Shown here piece after piece: positions 1 through 8,961 of a stretch of 64,000 bases of DNA. Under the pieces are notes generated by a model. It was not told the origin of the DNA and ran no database searches. It saw only the letters and a list, made by a program, of their open reading frames with translations. A program made the position numbers and the translations under genes. The stretch is from an uncultured Candidatus Saccharibacteria bacterium. Its GTDB lineage: Bacteria; Patescibacteriota; Saccharimonadia; Saccharimonadales; UBA10212. The DNA lies in assembly GCA_964460855.1 (NCBI GenBank), contig CAYWQH010000002.1, positions 71,506 to 135,505 of the forward strand, given 5' to 3'. Positions within the stretch are counted from its first letter, which is position 1; the number at the start of each line of letters is the position of its first letter.

Positions 1-1
1 T

Positions 2-235
2 ACGGTTTTTACGCGCGATACCTGCGCCTCTTGCGCCACCATTAAAAAATGGCTGGCCCTAAAGGGGTTCGATTACAAATTGGTTAACCTCGACCAGGAG
101 CCGCAATACGAATCAGAAGTTTTTGCCCTCAGCGGCGTGCGCACCGTGCCGGTTACGATTGTTACCAAAGAAAACGACATGAAAGAAGTTGTTGTCGGGC
201 CGAATTTTGCCCGCTTGGCATCAGCTACCGCTTAG
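2..235 (+). CDS. glutaredoxin/NrdH-like thiol-disulfide oxidoreductase (5' end outside window)
   Basis: Frame 2 is open from the window edge to TAG at 233-235. My translation TVFTRDTCASCATIKKWLALKGFDYKLVNLDQEP...GVRTVPVTIV has a CxxC motif (CASC) and the TVP cis-Pro signature of the thioredoxin fold. It ends 3 nt before trxB. Confidence 0.7.
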   Translation, partial: TVFTRDTCASCATIKKWLALKGFDYKLVNLDQEPQYESEVFALSGVRTVPVTIVTKENDMKEVVVGPNFARLASATA

Positions 236-238
236 CTT

Positions 239-1210
239 ATGAACGACGAAAACAGCCACGATTTAATTATTGTCGGTTCCGGACCGGCTGCTTTAAGTGC
301 CGCTTTGTATACCACCCGCGAAGACATAGATACGCTAGTAATTGAGAAAGGCGCGATAGGCGGGCTAGCGGCAATTACCGATTGGATCGATAATTATCCG
401 GGCTTTCCCGATGGTATTTCCGGAATAGACCTGGCCGAAAAGCTGCAAAAGCAAGCCGAGCGTTTTGGCATGAAAATGGATTTGGGCGAAGTAACGGCCA
501 TCCATGACGAAGGCGAATACAAGCGGCTGGAAACTACCAGCGGCGATGTTTACGCCAAGGCCGTATTAATTGCTACCGGCAGCGCCTACAAGCAACTCGG
601 CATTCCCGGCGAACAAGAAAACTTCGGCAAAGGCGTGCATTATTGCGCCACCTGCGACGGCGCTTTTTACCGCGATAAGCGCCTGGTTACCGTAGGCGGC
701 GGCAACTCGTCGGTACAGGAATCGATGTTCTTAACTAAGTTCGCCAGCCATATAGATATGCTGGTGCGCGGCGATAAACTGCGGGCCAGCGAAGTGCTGC
801 AGCATGAACTCGACCAGCACAAAGACAAAATTACCGTCCATTTCAATACTACTACCGACCGGATCGTCGCCGAAAACGGTACGGTTGCCAAAGTAATCGG
901 TACCGATGTTAAAACTGGCAAACCGGTAGAGTTTGCTACCGACGGCGTGTTCGTGTTCATCGGCCTGATGCCCAACACTGATTTTATTAAAGGTAAAATA
1001 GACCTCGACGAACTCAATTTTGTAAAAACCAACGAGTTTTTAGAAACTTCGATGCCCGGCGTATATGCCGCCGGAGATGTGCGTAGCGGAGCGACAATGC
1101 AAATTGCCAGCGCGTCGGGAGAAGGCGCTACTGCCGCCTTGCGCATCCGTGAATACTTAAACGACCACTCTAAAAAGCACCAGCCGGCAAAAAAGCTGGT
1201 TTACAGCTAA
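239..1210 (+). CDS. trxB: thioredoxin-disulfide reductase
   Basis: 323-aa ORF with a GSGPAA FAD-binding motif, the redox-active CATC (HYCATCDG), a GGGNS NADPH motif and a C-terminal AAGD motif. Confidence 0.9.
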   Translation: MNDENSHDLIIVGSGPAALSAALYTTREDIDTLVIEKGAIGGLAAITDWIDNYPGFPDGISGIDLAEKLQKQAERFGMKMDLGEVTAIHDEGEYKRLETTSGDVYAKAVLIATGSAYKQLGIPGEQENFGKGVHYCATCDGAFYRDKRLVTVGGGNSSVQESMFLTKFASHIDMLVRGDKLRASEVLQHELDQHKDKITVHFNTTTDRIVAENGTVAKVIGTDVKTGKPVEFATDGVFVFIGLMPNTDFIKGKIDLDELNFVKTNEFLETSMPGVYAAGDVRSGATMQIASASGEGATAALRIREYLNDHSKKHQPAKKLVYS

Positions 1211-1211
1211 A

Positions 1212-1928
1212 TTATTTTTTAGAATCGTGAACTAATTGTTGGCGCCGAAGCCGGTTTTTGTCGGCGAAGCGGTTTGGATAATTAGTGCACAAATATATCC
1301 GGTAATAAAACAGTTTTAGCCACCAGGCCGAAAAGCGGTTATTGACCGTATAGGCCATAACTTTCAAGCCATGAAAGCGGCAAATCCAGTAAGTATACGG
1401 GTTTAAAATCCAATAATTAAGCGTTATACCCTGGGCGCCAATTTGCCTGGCGGTATTTATAATTTCAAAAGGATTATGCCGTTCGGCCAGGAATAAAGGA
1501 AAGGGGCATTTAAGCTCGACAAGCTTCTTAATCTGCCCGTGCTTAAAAGATGTTATGCAAATCGGCAAATCACGGTACTGCATCAATACTTTAAGTAGTT
1601 TATCGGCGCCGAAATCGTCCTTATGCTCAACGAATATGATTTCTACCCGGTTGCCGGCCAGCTCCAAAGCCCCGGCTAGGGTTGCCACCGGCTGTCCGTT
1701 TAGCGTTGGCATTTTTTTGATATCTGCGAGAGTCAACTTATTAATTAATGTATCGCTGCCCGTCGCTACCATTAAATCCGGGTCGTGGCAAAGTACAAAA
1801 TGCCCGTCGGCGGTTTGGCGGACGTCGAACTCAATACCGTCAACGGCATATTTTAGGGCTTCTTCTATAGAAGCCAAAGTGTTTTCAGCGACCAGCCCGG
1901 CGGCGCCGCGATGTCCGATTATCTTCAT
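1212..1928 (-). CDS. glycerophosphodiester phosphodiesterase (GDPD family)
   Basis: 238-aa ORF. IIGHRGAAG..AENT and IEFDVRQTADGHFVLCHD are typical GDPD catalytic segments. Confidence 0.8.
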   Translation of the reverse strand: MKIIGHRGAAGLVAENTLASIEEALKYAVDGIEFDVRQTADGHFVLCHDPDLMVATGSDTLINKLTLADIKKMPTLNGQPVATLAGALELAGNRVEIIFVEHKDDFGADKLLKVLMQYRDLPICITSFKHGQIKKLVELKCPFPLFLAERHNPFEIINTARQIGAQGITLNYWILNPYTYWICRFHGLKVMAYTVNNRFSAWWLKLFYYRIYLCTNYPNRFADKNRLRRQQLVHDSKK

Positions 1929-1979
1929 AAGTGGTTACCGCAAGTATAGTACAATAAATAGCAAATCAAGGAGAAGATC

Positions 1980-2513
1980 GTGGCAGATTTTAATAAAGTG
2001 CTGGATGCCGGTGACGTCGATGGGGGCGTAGTAAATACCGTAATAGAAATTCCCAAGTGGTCGACATTAAAAATCGAATGGAACCGCCACCTGGCCGTGT
2101 TTGAATTGGACCGCGTAGAGCCCAGCATTTTTGCCAAGCCTTGCAACTATGGATTTATTCCGCAAACTTTAGACGAAGACGGCGACGAGCTGGATACGCT
2201 GGTTATTACTAATGATCCAATCCCGACAGGTATTTGCTTAAAAGGCCGGGTAGTTGGCGTTATGAACTTTGAAGACGACGGCGATATGGACCATAAAATT
2301 ATTTTAGTTCCGGCCGACGACCGCAATACCGGCGACGAAATAAAATCACTAGACGATATTCACCAGCAGTGGAAGCAAAAAATTGAGCACCATTTCAACC
2401 ACTACAAAGACCTCAAAAAACCGGGCAGTACTAAGGTGTTGGGCTGGGGCGGCATCGACGACGCCAAAAAAATAATCCACGAATCCATCGAGCGCTACAA
2501 ACAAAAAGCATGA
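1980..2513 (+). CDS. ppa: inorganic pyrophosphatase (family I)
   Basis: 177-aa ORF with a GTG start 6 nt after AGGAG. It has the VIEIPK beta-barrel start, NYGFIPQTL and a DGDELD acidic metal-binding cluster. Confidence 0.9.
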   Translation: MADFNKVLDAGDVDGGVVNTVIEIPKWSTLKIEWNRHLAVFELDRVEPSIFAKPCNYGFIPQTLDEDGDELDTLVITNDPIPTGICLKGRVVGVMNFEDDGDMDHKIILVPADDRNTGDEIKSLDDIHQQWKQKIEHHFNHYKDLKKPGSTKVLGWGGIDDAKKIIHESIERYKQKA

Positions 2514-2914
2514 TCACAGATCTAGTAACAAAGGCCATAGTTCTTAATGGTAAAAACGATATTCTAGCCTTACGTCGCGGCAAAACAGCACCGCGGCGGG
2601 CTTTACAGTGGGATCTGCCTGGTGGCCTTGTTGACGAAGGTGAAAGCCCGTACGAAGCAGTAAAGCGCGAGATCCAAGAAGAGACCGGCTTAATAGTTAG
2701 TGAAGTACATCTTATTTATAGTTTGTCTGAAATTAGGGAAAACAAAAACGTGATTTTTCTATTTTTTGTTACGCATACAGGTACAGATGCCGTCCAGATA
2801 AGTTTTGAACACGAAGAATATCGCTGGATGGATTTAGACAATGCGATAGAAAATTTTGAGTATAAAACGCAAAAAGACGCTCTCACTTATATTAAAAATA
2901 GCGAATTAATTTAA
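2510..2914 (+). CDS. NUDIX hydrolase
   Basis: 134 aa with Nudix box GGLVDEGESPYEAVKREIQEETG. It overlaps the ppa stop by 4 nt. Confidence 0.8.
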   Translation: MITDLVTKAIVLNGKNDILALRRGKTAPRRALQWDLPGGLVDEGESPYEAVKREIQEETGLIVSEVHLIYSLSEIRENKNVIFLFFVTHTGTDAVQISFEHEEYRWMDLDNAIENFEYKTQKDALTYIKNSELI

Positions 2915-2917
2915 AAG

Positions 2918-4393
2918 CTAGGCAGTTGATTCGGCTTTTAAGGCGGCTTTGATTTTCTGGCGGGCTTTTGGCGTTACGGCATGGTCCAGCCAATCGGCTT
3001 TGGGGCTGATATTGCGCCTAGTTTCTACCTCGATAATGTCGCCATTTTGCAGTTGGCGGCTAAACGGCGCGATTTTGCCGTTAATGCGTACGCTGTGGGC
3101 GTGGTAGGCAATATCGGAATGCACCATGTAAGCGAAATCCAACGGGTACGCGCCCTCGGGCAAATCAAAAATATCCCCTTTGGGGCTATGCACGAAAATC
3201 CGGTCGGCAAACAGGTCTACGCTTAATTCGCCGTCGGTTAAATCTTCGCCATTTTGCAGCTTGTCGGTTAATTGCTGCAAGCGGCTGATCCAGCTTAATT
3301 GCCGCGGCAGGGCTACCGGGCTGCGCTCGGCGTAGTTAGAAGTTAGCTTTTGCTCGTTGTAATGGAAGCTGGCGGCTAGCCCGCGTTCTGCCAAGTCATG
3401 CATATCTTTGGTGCGGATTTGGAATTCTACTATTTGTTCATTGGTAGTAAATACAGTGGTGTGCAGGCTCTGGTAGCCATTAGATTTAGGCACCGAGATG
3501 TAGTCTTTTATTTTGCTGATCATCGGTTTATAAAGGCTATGAAGAACGCCAAGCACCAGGTAGCACTGGTCTTTGGTATCGACGACGATCCTCAGGGCCA
3601 GCAAGTCGTAAACCCTCTCTATGTCGTCATCTACTTTTTTGAGTTTCTTATGCAGGCTGTATGTGCTTTTGACTCGGCCATCGATAGTGTTGGGGACTCC
3701 GGCATTGGCCAGTTCGGTGGCGATTTCACGGCGGACTTCGACGAATTTCTTCTGGCTTTTGCCTATACGTTTTTTAATGACCCTCTGCAGTCGGTCGTAT
3801 TCTTCGGGGTCCATAAACCGGAAAGACAATTCTTCGATTTCGACGCGCAACCGGCCGATACCCAGCCGGTCGGCCAGTGGCGCAAATACTTCTAGCGACT
3901 CCCTGGCTACTTTCTTTTGCTTGTCTTCCGGTAAAAACTCTAAAGTTTGCAAATTATGCAGCCGGTCGGCTAGCTTTATCAGCAGCACCCGCAGGTCGTG
4001 GCTGACGGCAATTAATAATTTGCTTAAATTCTGGCGGGTGCTGGGCAGGTATGCGCTCATGTCTTTCATGCCTTTGCGGGCCTCACTGACCTTCGTGACA
4101 CCGTCAACTAAAAAGGCCACGTCGTGCCCGAAAGTTTGTTCGATTTCTTCTAAGGTTAGGCTGGTGTCTTCCAGGCTGTCGTGCAGTACGCCGGCAATTA
4201 CCGTATGGGTATCCAATCTCCATTCGATCAACTTGGCAGCCACCGCCAGGCAGTGGTTTAGGTATGGATCGCCGCTGGTCCTAAACTGGCCATCGTGCGC
4301 CCGGCCGGCCATATTTACCGCCTGGCGAAGTAAATCCACGTCAGTTTTGGGGTAATGCTCGGCGGCTAATTCCAGCAGTTCTATCGACTCCAT
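2918..4393 (-). CDS. rel: bifunctional (p)ppGpp synthetase/hydrolase, short RelA/SpoT homolog
   Basis: 491 aa. It has an HD hydrolase region (HCLAVA...LHDSLEDT), a RelA_SpoT synthetase region (NGYQSLHTTV) and a TGS-like C-terminus (FVHSPKGDIFDLPEGAYPLDFAY...INGK). It is too short to carry the usual ACT/RRM tail. Confidence 0.85.
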   Translation of the reverse strand: MESIELLELAAEHYPKTDVDLLRQAVNMAGRAHDGQFRTSGDPYLNHCLAVAAKLIEWRLDTHTVIAGVLHDSLEDTSLTLEEIEQTFGHDVAFLVDGVTKVSEARKGMKDMSAYLPSTRQNLSKLLIAVSHDLRVLLIKLADRLHNLQTLEFLPEDKQKKVARESLEVFAPLADRLGIGRLRVEIEELSFRFMDPEEYDRLQRVIKKRIGKSQKKFVEVRREIATELANAGVPNTIDGRVKSTYSLHKKLKKVDDDIERVYDLLALRIVVDTKDQCYLVLGVLHSLYKPMISKIKDYISVPKSNGYQSLHTTVFTTNEQIVEFQIRTKDMHDLAERGLAASFHYNEQKLTSNYAERSPVALPRQLSWISRLQQLTDKLQNGEDLTDGELSVDLFADRIFVHSPKGDIFDLPEGAYPLDFAYMVHSDIAYHAHSVRINGKIAPFSRQLQNGDIIEVETRRNISPKADWLDHAVTPKARQKIKAALKAESTA

Positions 4394-4470
4394 CTTATAA
4401 GTATAAAACGATCAAATCATGATACAATCGGTACGAAACGTCTAATGCTTAAAAATGTGGGAGATAAACA

Positions 4471-5646
4471 TTGAAAACCAGAATTGCTATTAATGGTTTT
4501 GGGCGCATCGGCCGCAATGCTTTTAAGATTGCGTTTGAGCGGACTGACCTCGAAATTGTTGCTATCAATGACTTAACCGATACTAAAACGCTGGCCCATT
4601 TGCTTAAACACGACAGCAATTATGGCGGCTATAACCATGACGTCGGCCACGACGACCAAAATATAATTGTCGGCGGCCAGCATATCAGGGTATTGGCCGA
4701 AAAAGACCCGGCCGCATTGCCGTGGCGCGATATGAATATAGATGTAGTGGTGGAATGTACCGGCCTATTCGTTGACCCGGCCAAAGCCAAAGTCCATATC
4801 GACGCCGGCGCCAAAAAAGTAATTATCAGCGCCCCAGCTAAAGGCGAAGGCGCGACTACAATTGTATTGGGCGTCAACGAAGACAAGCTCGAAACGGCCG
4901 GCGATATTATCAGTAACGCCAGCTGTACGACAAACTGTATAACACCTGTGGCTGCCATAATCGAAAACAATTTTGGTATCGATAAAGCAATGATGACTAC
5001 AGTACATAGCTACACTGCCAGCCAGCGCCTGCAAGACGCGCCGGCCAAAGATTTGCGCGAAGCCCGTAACGCCGCTGAAAATATAGTTCCAACCACTACT
5101 GGCGCCAGCATTGCCGCCGCCCAGGCGTTTCCAGCCTTGCAAGGCATATTCGGGGGCCTGTCTATCCGCGTCCCCACGCCGGTAGTTTCGCTGGCCGATT
5201 TTGTATTCATAACCAAACAGCCGGTTACAGTAGATTCAGTTAACGAAGTATTCAAAAAAGCCGCCGCCGAACCGTTTTTCCAGGGCATTTTAGCCGTAGC
5301 TGAAGAACCATTGGTCAGCAGCGATTTTATCGGCAACAGCCACTCGGCAATCGTTGACCTGAAATTGACAGCCACGGTTGGCGACAACATGTTAAAAGTT
5401 GTGGCTTGGTACGACAATGAATGGGGCTATAGCAACCGGCTAGTAGAAGTCACAGCCGATGTCGGCAAGCTATTAAATAAAGACCAGCCGCCCGCCCAGG
5501 CGCCTATAAGCCAGCCCGAAGAGCATTACGACTTGGGGCACGAGAACCAACCCTTACAGCCGGCCTCTGACCAGCCCGCCGAGCACCAGCCAGATACACA
5601 GCCGGAATTCCATCCCGAACAGCAGCCTGACCAACACCACATGTAA
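4471..5646 (+). CDS. gap: type I glyceraldehyde-3-phosphate dehydrogenase with Q/P/E/H-rich C-terminal tail
   Basis: 391 aa with a TTG start 7 nt after GGGAG. It has INGFGRIGR, the active site SCTTNC and WYDNEWGYSNR. About 54 extra low-complexity residues follow the canonical end. Confidence 0.92.
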   Translation: MKTRIAINGFGRIGRNAFKIAFERTDLEIVAINDLTDTKTLAHLLKHDSNYGGYNHDVGHDDQNIIVGGQHIRVLAEKDPAALPWRDMNIDVVVECTGLFVDPAKAKVHIDAGAKKVIISAPAKGEGATTIVLGVNEDKLETAGDIISNASCTTNCITPVAAIIENNFGIDKAMMTTVHSYTASQRLQDAPAKDLREARNAAENIVPTTTGASIAAAQAFPALQGIFGGLSIRVPTPVVSLADFVFITKQPVTVDSVNEVFKKAAAEPFFQGILAVAEEPLVSSDFIGNSHSAIVDLKLTATVGDNMLKVVAWYDNEWGYSNRLVEVTADVGKLLNKDQPPAQAPISQPEEHYDLGHENQPLQPASDQPAEHQPDTQPEFHPEQQPDQHHM

Positions 5647-5648
5647 TT

Positions 5649-6143
5649 ATGAAAATCGCGCTCAGTACCGACCACGCCGGTTTTGAACGGATTAAAGCGC
5701 TGAGGTCTTTTTTGGAAGGCCTGGGCCATGAATGCGTGTATTTTGGCCCGGCTAATTTCGAAGCGCAAGACGACTACCCGGATTTTATAATGCCCGCTGC
5801 TAAAGCGGTGGCTGGCGGGCAGTGCGAAAAAGCCATAATAATGGGTGGCAGCGGACAAGGCGAAGCGATGGCCGCCAACCGGGTGCGCGGCGTGCGCTGC
5901 GCGGTATATTACGGGCCGGCCCAGTTAAAATTCGCAAACGACTCCGGCAGTAAAAGCCAAAACGACGGCTATGACATTATCAGGCTCAGCCGCCAGCACA
6001 ACGACGCCAATATTCTAAGCATTGGCGCCCGGTTTGTTAGCGACGACGAGGCCTGCCGGGCCAGCCAAATTTGGTTGGACGAAGAGTTTTCGGGCGACGA
6101 GCGCCATCAGCGGCGTATTGTAAAATTAGATAAAGCAGAATAA
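5649..6143 (+). CDS. rpiB: ribose-5-phosphate isomerase B
   Basis: 164 aa with a LacAB/RpiB pattern (MKIALSTDHAGF, GGSGQGEAMAANR). It starts 3 nt after the gap stop. Confidence 0.85.
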   Translation: MKIALSTDHAGFERIKALRSFLEGLGHECVYFGPANFEAQDDYPDFIMPAAKAVAGGQCEKAIIMGGSGQGEAMAANRVRGVRCAVYYGPAQLKFANDSGSKSQNDGYDIIRLSRQHNDANILSIGARFVSDDEACRASQIWLDEEFSGDERHQRRIVKLDKAE

Positions 6144-6148
6144 GCATT

Positions 6149-6793
6149 ATGGCAGAAATAGTACCCTCGGTAACGGCCTACGACGAAAAGTCCTACAAAC
6201 ACCAAATGGATAATATTGCCCATATTGTCGACCGCATACATATCGATTTAGGTGACGGCAAATTCGAAGATAAAAAAACGGTTAGCCCCGAACAAACCTG
6301 GTGGCCGGCCAGCGCCAAAGCCGATATACATTTAATGTATAAAAACGCGGCTAAAGCACTCGAAATCCTGTTGCCGCACCACCCTTATATGGTTATCGTC
6401 CATGCCGAATCAGAAGGTGACTTTGGCGAAGTTGTCGAAGCCTGCCAGCACTACGGGGTAAGGGTTGGCGTAGCACTACTGCAGCAAACGTCCGTGCGCC
6501 TGATCGCCGATGCCTTAAACGTAATCGACCATGTTATGGTCTTTAGCGGCAACCTGGGCCATTTTGGCGGGCAGTACGACCGGGCTTTAATCGAAAAAGT
6601 ATTGCAGGTAAAGCGCCTTAAGCCGGAAATCGAAGTAGGTTGGGACGGCGGGGTTAATGACCAAAACGTATCCGAACTGGTTTTTGGCGGCCTCGACGTG
6701 TTGAATGTTGGCGGTTTTATCCAAAATTCGCCGGACCCCGAGCGGGCCTATGTTTATTTGCAGCGCATCGCCGATGAAACCGGCACCACATAA
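6149..6793 (+). CDS. ribulose-phosphate 3-epimerase-like TIM-barrel protein
   Basis: 214 aa. Segments IVPSV, IHIDLGDGKF, DIHLM, VFSGNLGHFGGQ and VGWDGGVN line up with conserved Rpe strands. The protein is divergent, so the exact activity is tentative. The pentose-phosphate context supports the call. Confidence 0.6.
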   Translation: MAEIVPSVTAYDEKSYKHQMDNIAHIVDRIHIDLGDGKFEDKKTVSPEQTWWPASAKADIHLMYKNAAKALEILLPHHPYMVIVHAESEGDFGEVVEACQHYGVRVGVALLQQTSVRLIADALNVIDHVMVFSGNLGHFGGQYDRALIEKVLQVKRLKPEIEVGWDGGVNDQNVSELVFGGLDVLNVGGFIQNSPDPERAYVYLQRIADETGTT

Positions 6794-6798
6794 ACCTA

Positions 6799-6827
6799 TT
6801 GCTAGATTAGCAAAAATATACTATAAT
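6799..6827 (+). promoter_or_regulatory. putative promoter TTGCTA-17-TATAAT, leaderless geometry
   Basis: The -10 box ends 7 nt before ATG 6835, and no Shine-Dalgarno sequence is possible in that space. Confidence 0.5.
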
Positions 6828-6834
6828 ATATTTT

Positions 6835-8010
6835 ATGTTTATTAATAGCGCCGAAAAGCGCAATGGTGTTTCTGAATATTTGTCTAAAAAACGTAAGGCA
6901 ACTGCGGCTGTTTTAGCTATGCTGGCATTAACTGCCTGTGGCGATAGCCAACATAACCAAACTGCTAATAGTAATACAGAATCTGTACCTACGGAGACTT
7001 CAACTATGAGTCACACCAGCCCAACTGAAACATCTACCGAAACTATAATCGACGCGCCACCGTCTACAAATGAGGTAGCTCCGGTCCGCAAATTGTTGCC
7101 AGCCAAGAGCTATAACGGCGGTATACGAGCATTATCAGAGTATGAGCACGCCATTGGCCACCCGGTATTCGATTCGTCCATGCAGTTCTTCACTCCCGAT
7201 TCCGCTGAGCTTCAGGACTGGCATTTAGATGCCATCCAGCAGGTTAATGAAGCCGGTGTAAAACCATTAATCATCCTTGAGCCGGATGGCTGGGATTATG
7301 AACAAATTGCCGCCGGCGGCTACGATGCCAAAATATTAAAATACTTTACAGGTTTGAAAGAAGCCGGCGTTACGGCTGAACAGTTAGGCACTATAACTGT
7401 ATGCCCGGAATGGAATGTTGGTGGCTGGGATAACGCTACTATTGATAATTACCCCGCCTGTGTTGCAAAGTTTAAAAGTATTGCTGAACAAGTATTCCCG
7501 GGAATAGACATCACCACTTTGGTCGATACCAGTTCCCAGGAAATGGGAGCTATGTTGGATAGCCCTAAAACGTTAAACGAGCTTAAGAAATTAAATTTAA
7601 AAACTATTGGCATCCAGGCATTTTCAAATGCCCAAGTGGTTCCAGTTGAAAACGGCCATGCAGATCTTTCCGGTTACTTTAATACCAATGATATTGTGGC
7701 TCTGGCTAATGCCTTAGGAACTAAAGATATCTGGATCAACACCGGTATATCGGTTAAAGATAAAAGCGAGGGCCAGAATATTAGCCATAGCGAAGCAGAC
7801 CAAATAGCGATTGCGCGCCAACTAATCAGGAACGTTCATACCTTGCAAGAGCTAGGCTTAAACATCATGAACTTAAATATGTTTATGGAAAATAAAATTG
7901 ACAGCGAAAAAATTAATTTCCAAACGTCACCCGCAGTTGTAAAGTTAATCGCTACCAACCTGCAGCGGCTGAACGTGCCGCTGGGCGGCGAAGGCGACAA
8001 GAAGCAATAG
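6835..8010 (+). CDS. hypothetical lipoprotein
   Basis: 391 aa with a signal peptide and lipobox (LALTAC-G), an S/T/P/E-rich linker, then a ~300-aa globular region I do not recognise. TTGCTA-17-TATAAT lies 7 nt upstream of the ATG. Confidence 0.6.
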   Translation: MFINSAEKRNGVSEYLSKKRKATAAVLAMLALTACGDSQHNQTANSNTESVPTETSTMSHTSPTETSTETIIDAPPSTNEVAPVRKLLPAKSYNGGIRALSEYEHAIGHPVFDSSMQFFTPDSAELQDWHLDAIQQVNEAGVKPLIILEPDGWDYEQIAAGGYDAKILKYFTGLKEAGVTAEQLGTITVCPEWNVGGWDNATIDNYPACVAKFKSIAEQVFPGIDITTLVDTSSQEMGAMLDSPKTLNELKKLNLKTIGIQAFSNAQVVPVENGHADLSGYFNTNDIVALANALGTKDIWINTGISVKDKSEGQNISHSEADQIAIARQLIRNVHTLQELGLNIMNLNMFMENKIDSEKINFQTSPAVVKLIATNLQRLNVPLGGEGDKKQ

Positions 8011-8015
8011 CTTCA

Positions 8016-8060
8016 CCATACCGTTATAACTATTAAAAACTCCGCCATACCGCTATAATT
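8016..8060 (+). repeat. tandem 16-nt direct repeat containing -10-like boxes upstream of transketolase
   Basis: CCATACCGTTATAACT (8016-8031) and CCATACCGCTATAATT (8045-8060) match at 14 of 16 positions. The second copy carries TATAAT 11 nt before ATG 8071. Confidence 0.5.
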
Positions 8061-8070
8061 CATAAGCAAT

Positions 8071-8961
8071 ATGGCTCAACAAACGCTGAGTATCGAAGAG
8101 CTGGAAAAAAAAGCTTACGATATCCGGATAGACATTATAAAAATGCTGGAAACAGCCGGCAGCGGGCACAGCGCCGGCCCGCTGGATTTAGCTGATATTT
8201 TTACGGCTCTTTATTTTGATATTTTGCGCCACAACCCCAACAAACCTGATTGGGACGACCGCGACCTGCTGGTGTTAAGCAATGGCCACTGCGCGCCGGT
8301 TTTATATACCACTTTGGCCCATGCAGGTTATTTTGACCGGTCTGAGCTTTCGACCTTACGTAAATTTGGCTCGCGCCTGCAAGGCCATCCCGAACGCGAA
8401 CGCTTGCCGGGGCTGGAAACCACCAGCGGCCCCCTGGGCGAAGGCCTCGGTCAGGCTGCCGGTATGGCGTTGGCTATGAAAATAAATAAACAAACTCATC
8501 GCTGGGTGTATTGCATTACCGGCGACGGCGAACTGGACGAAGGCAATATCTGGGAATCGGCCATGCTGATTAGCAAATACAAGCTTAATAACTTGATAGT
8601 TTTTGTAGACCGTAACAATATCCAAATAGATGGTACTACAGAGCATGTTATGCCGCTGGAAGATTTACGGGCCAAATGGGAAAGCTTTGGCTGGCATGTT
8701 ATAGAAATTGACGGCCATAACATGGAAGCGATAATAGACGCCTCGGCCATGGCCCGGGCAATTGTAGAAAAACCGGTGGCCATAATCGCCCATACCATCC
8801 CGGGCAAGGGCGTCGATTTTATGGAATACGATTACCACTGGCACGGCATTCCTGTGGGTTCGGCCGACGTGGCCGGCGCGCCGCCTAAAAACGAACAGGC
8901 TAAAGTGGCGCTAAAAGAATTGCGAAGCTTAAAAGGTAAGATTACCGGGGACCACGAATAG
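8071..8961 (+). CDS. transketolase, N-terminal subunit (split form)
   Basis: 296 aa with the thiamine-diphosphate binding region (GSGHSAGPLDLADIFTALYF, GDGELDEGNIWE). Confidence 0.9.
   Translation: MAQQTLSIEELEKKAYDIRIDIIKMLETAGSGHSAGPLDLADIFTALYFDILRHNPNKPDWDDRDLLVLSNGHCAPVLYTTLAHAGYFDRSELSTLRKFGSRLQGHPERERLPGLETTSGPLGEGLGQAAGMALAMKINKQTHRWVYCITGDGELDEGNIWESAMLISKYKLNNLIVFVDRNNIQIDGTTEHVMPLEDLRAKWESFGWHVIEIDGHNMEAIIDASAMARAIVEKPVAIIAHTIPGKGVDFMEYDYHWHGIPVGSADVAGAPPKNEQAKVALKELRSLKGKITGDHE

Noticed and set aside
3621-4355. A long plus-strand ORF (244 aa) antisense to rel. Similar shadows occur at 13326-14000, 34629-35291, 35537-36445, 46489-47175, 48649-48876 and 55834-56625.
   Set aside because: All lie entirely inside strongly supported genes on the opposite strand. 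They have Ser/Arg/Leu-rich low-complexity translations typical of antisense frames, and none has start-site signals.
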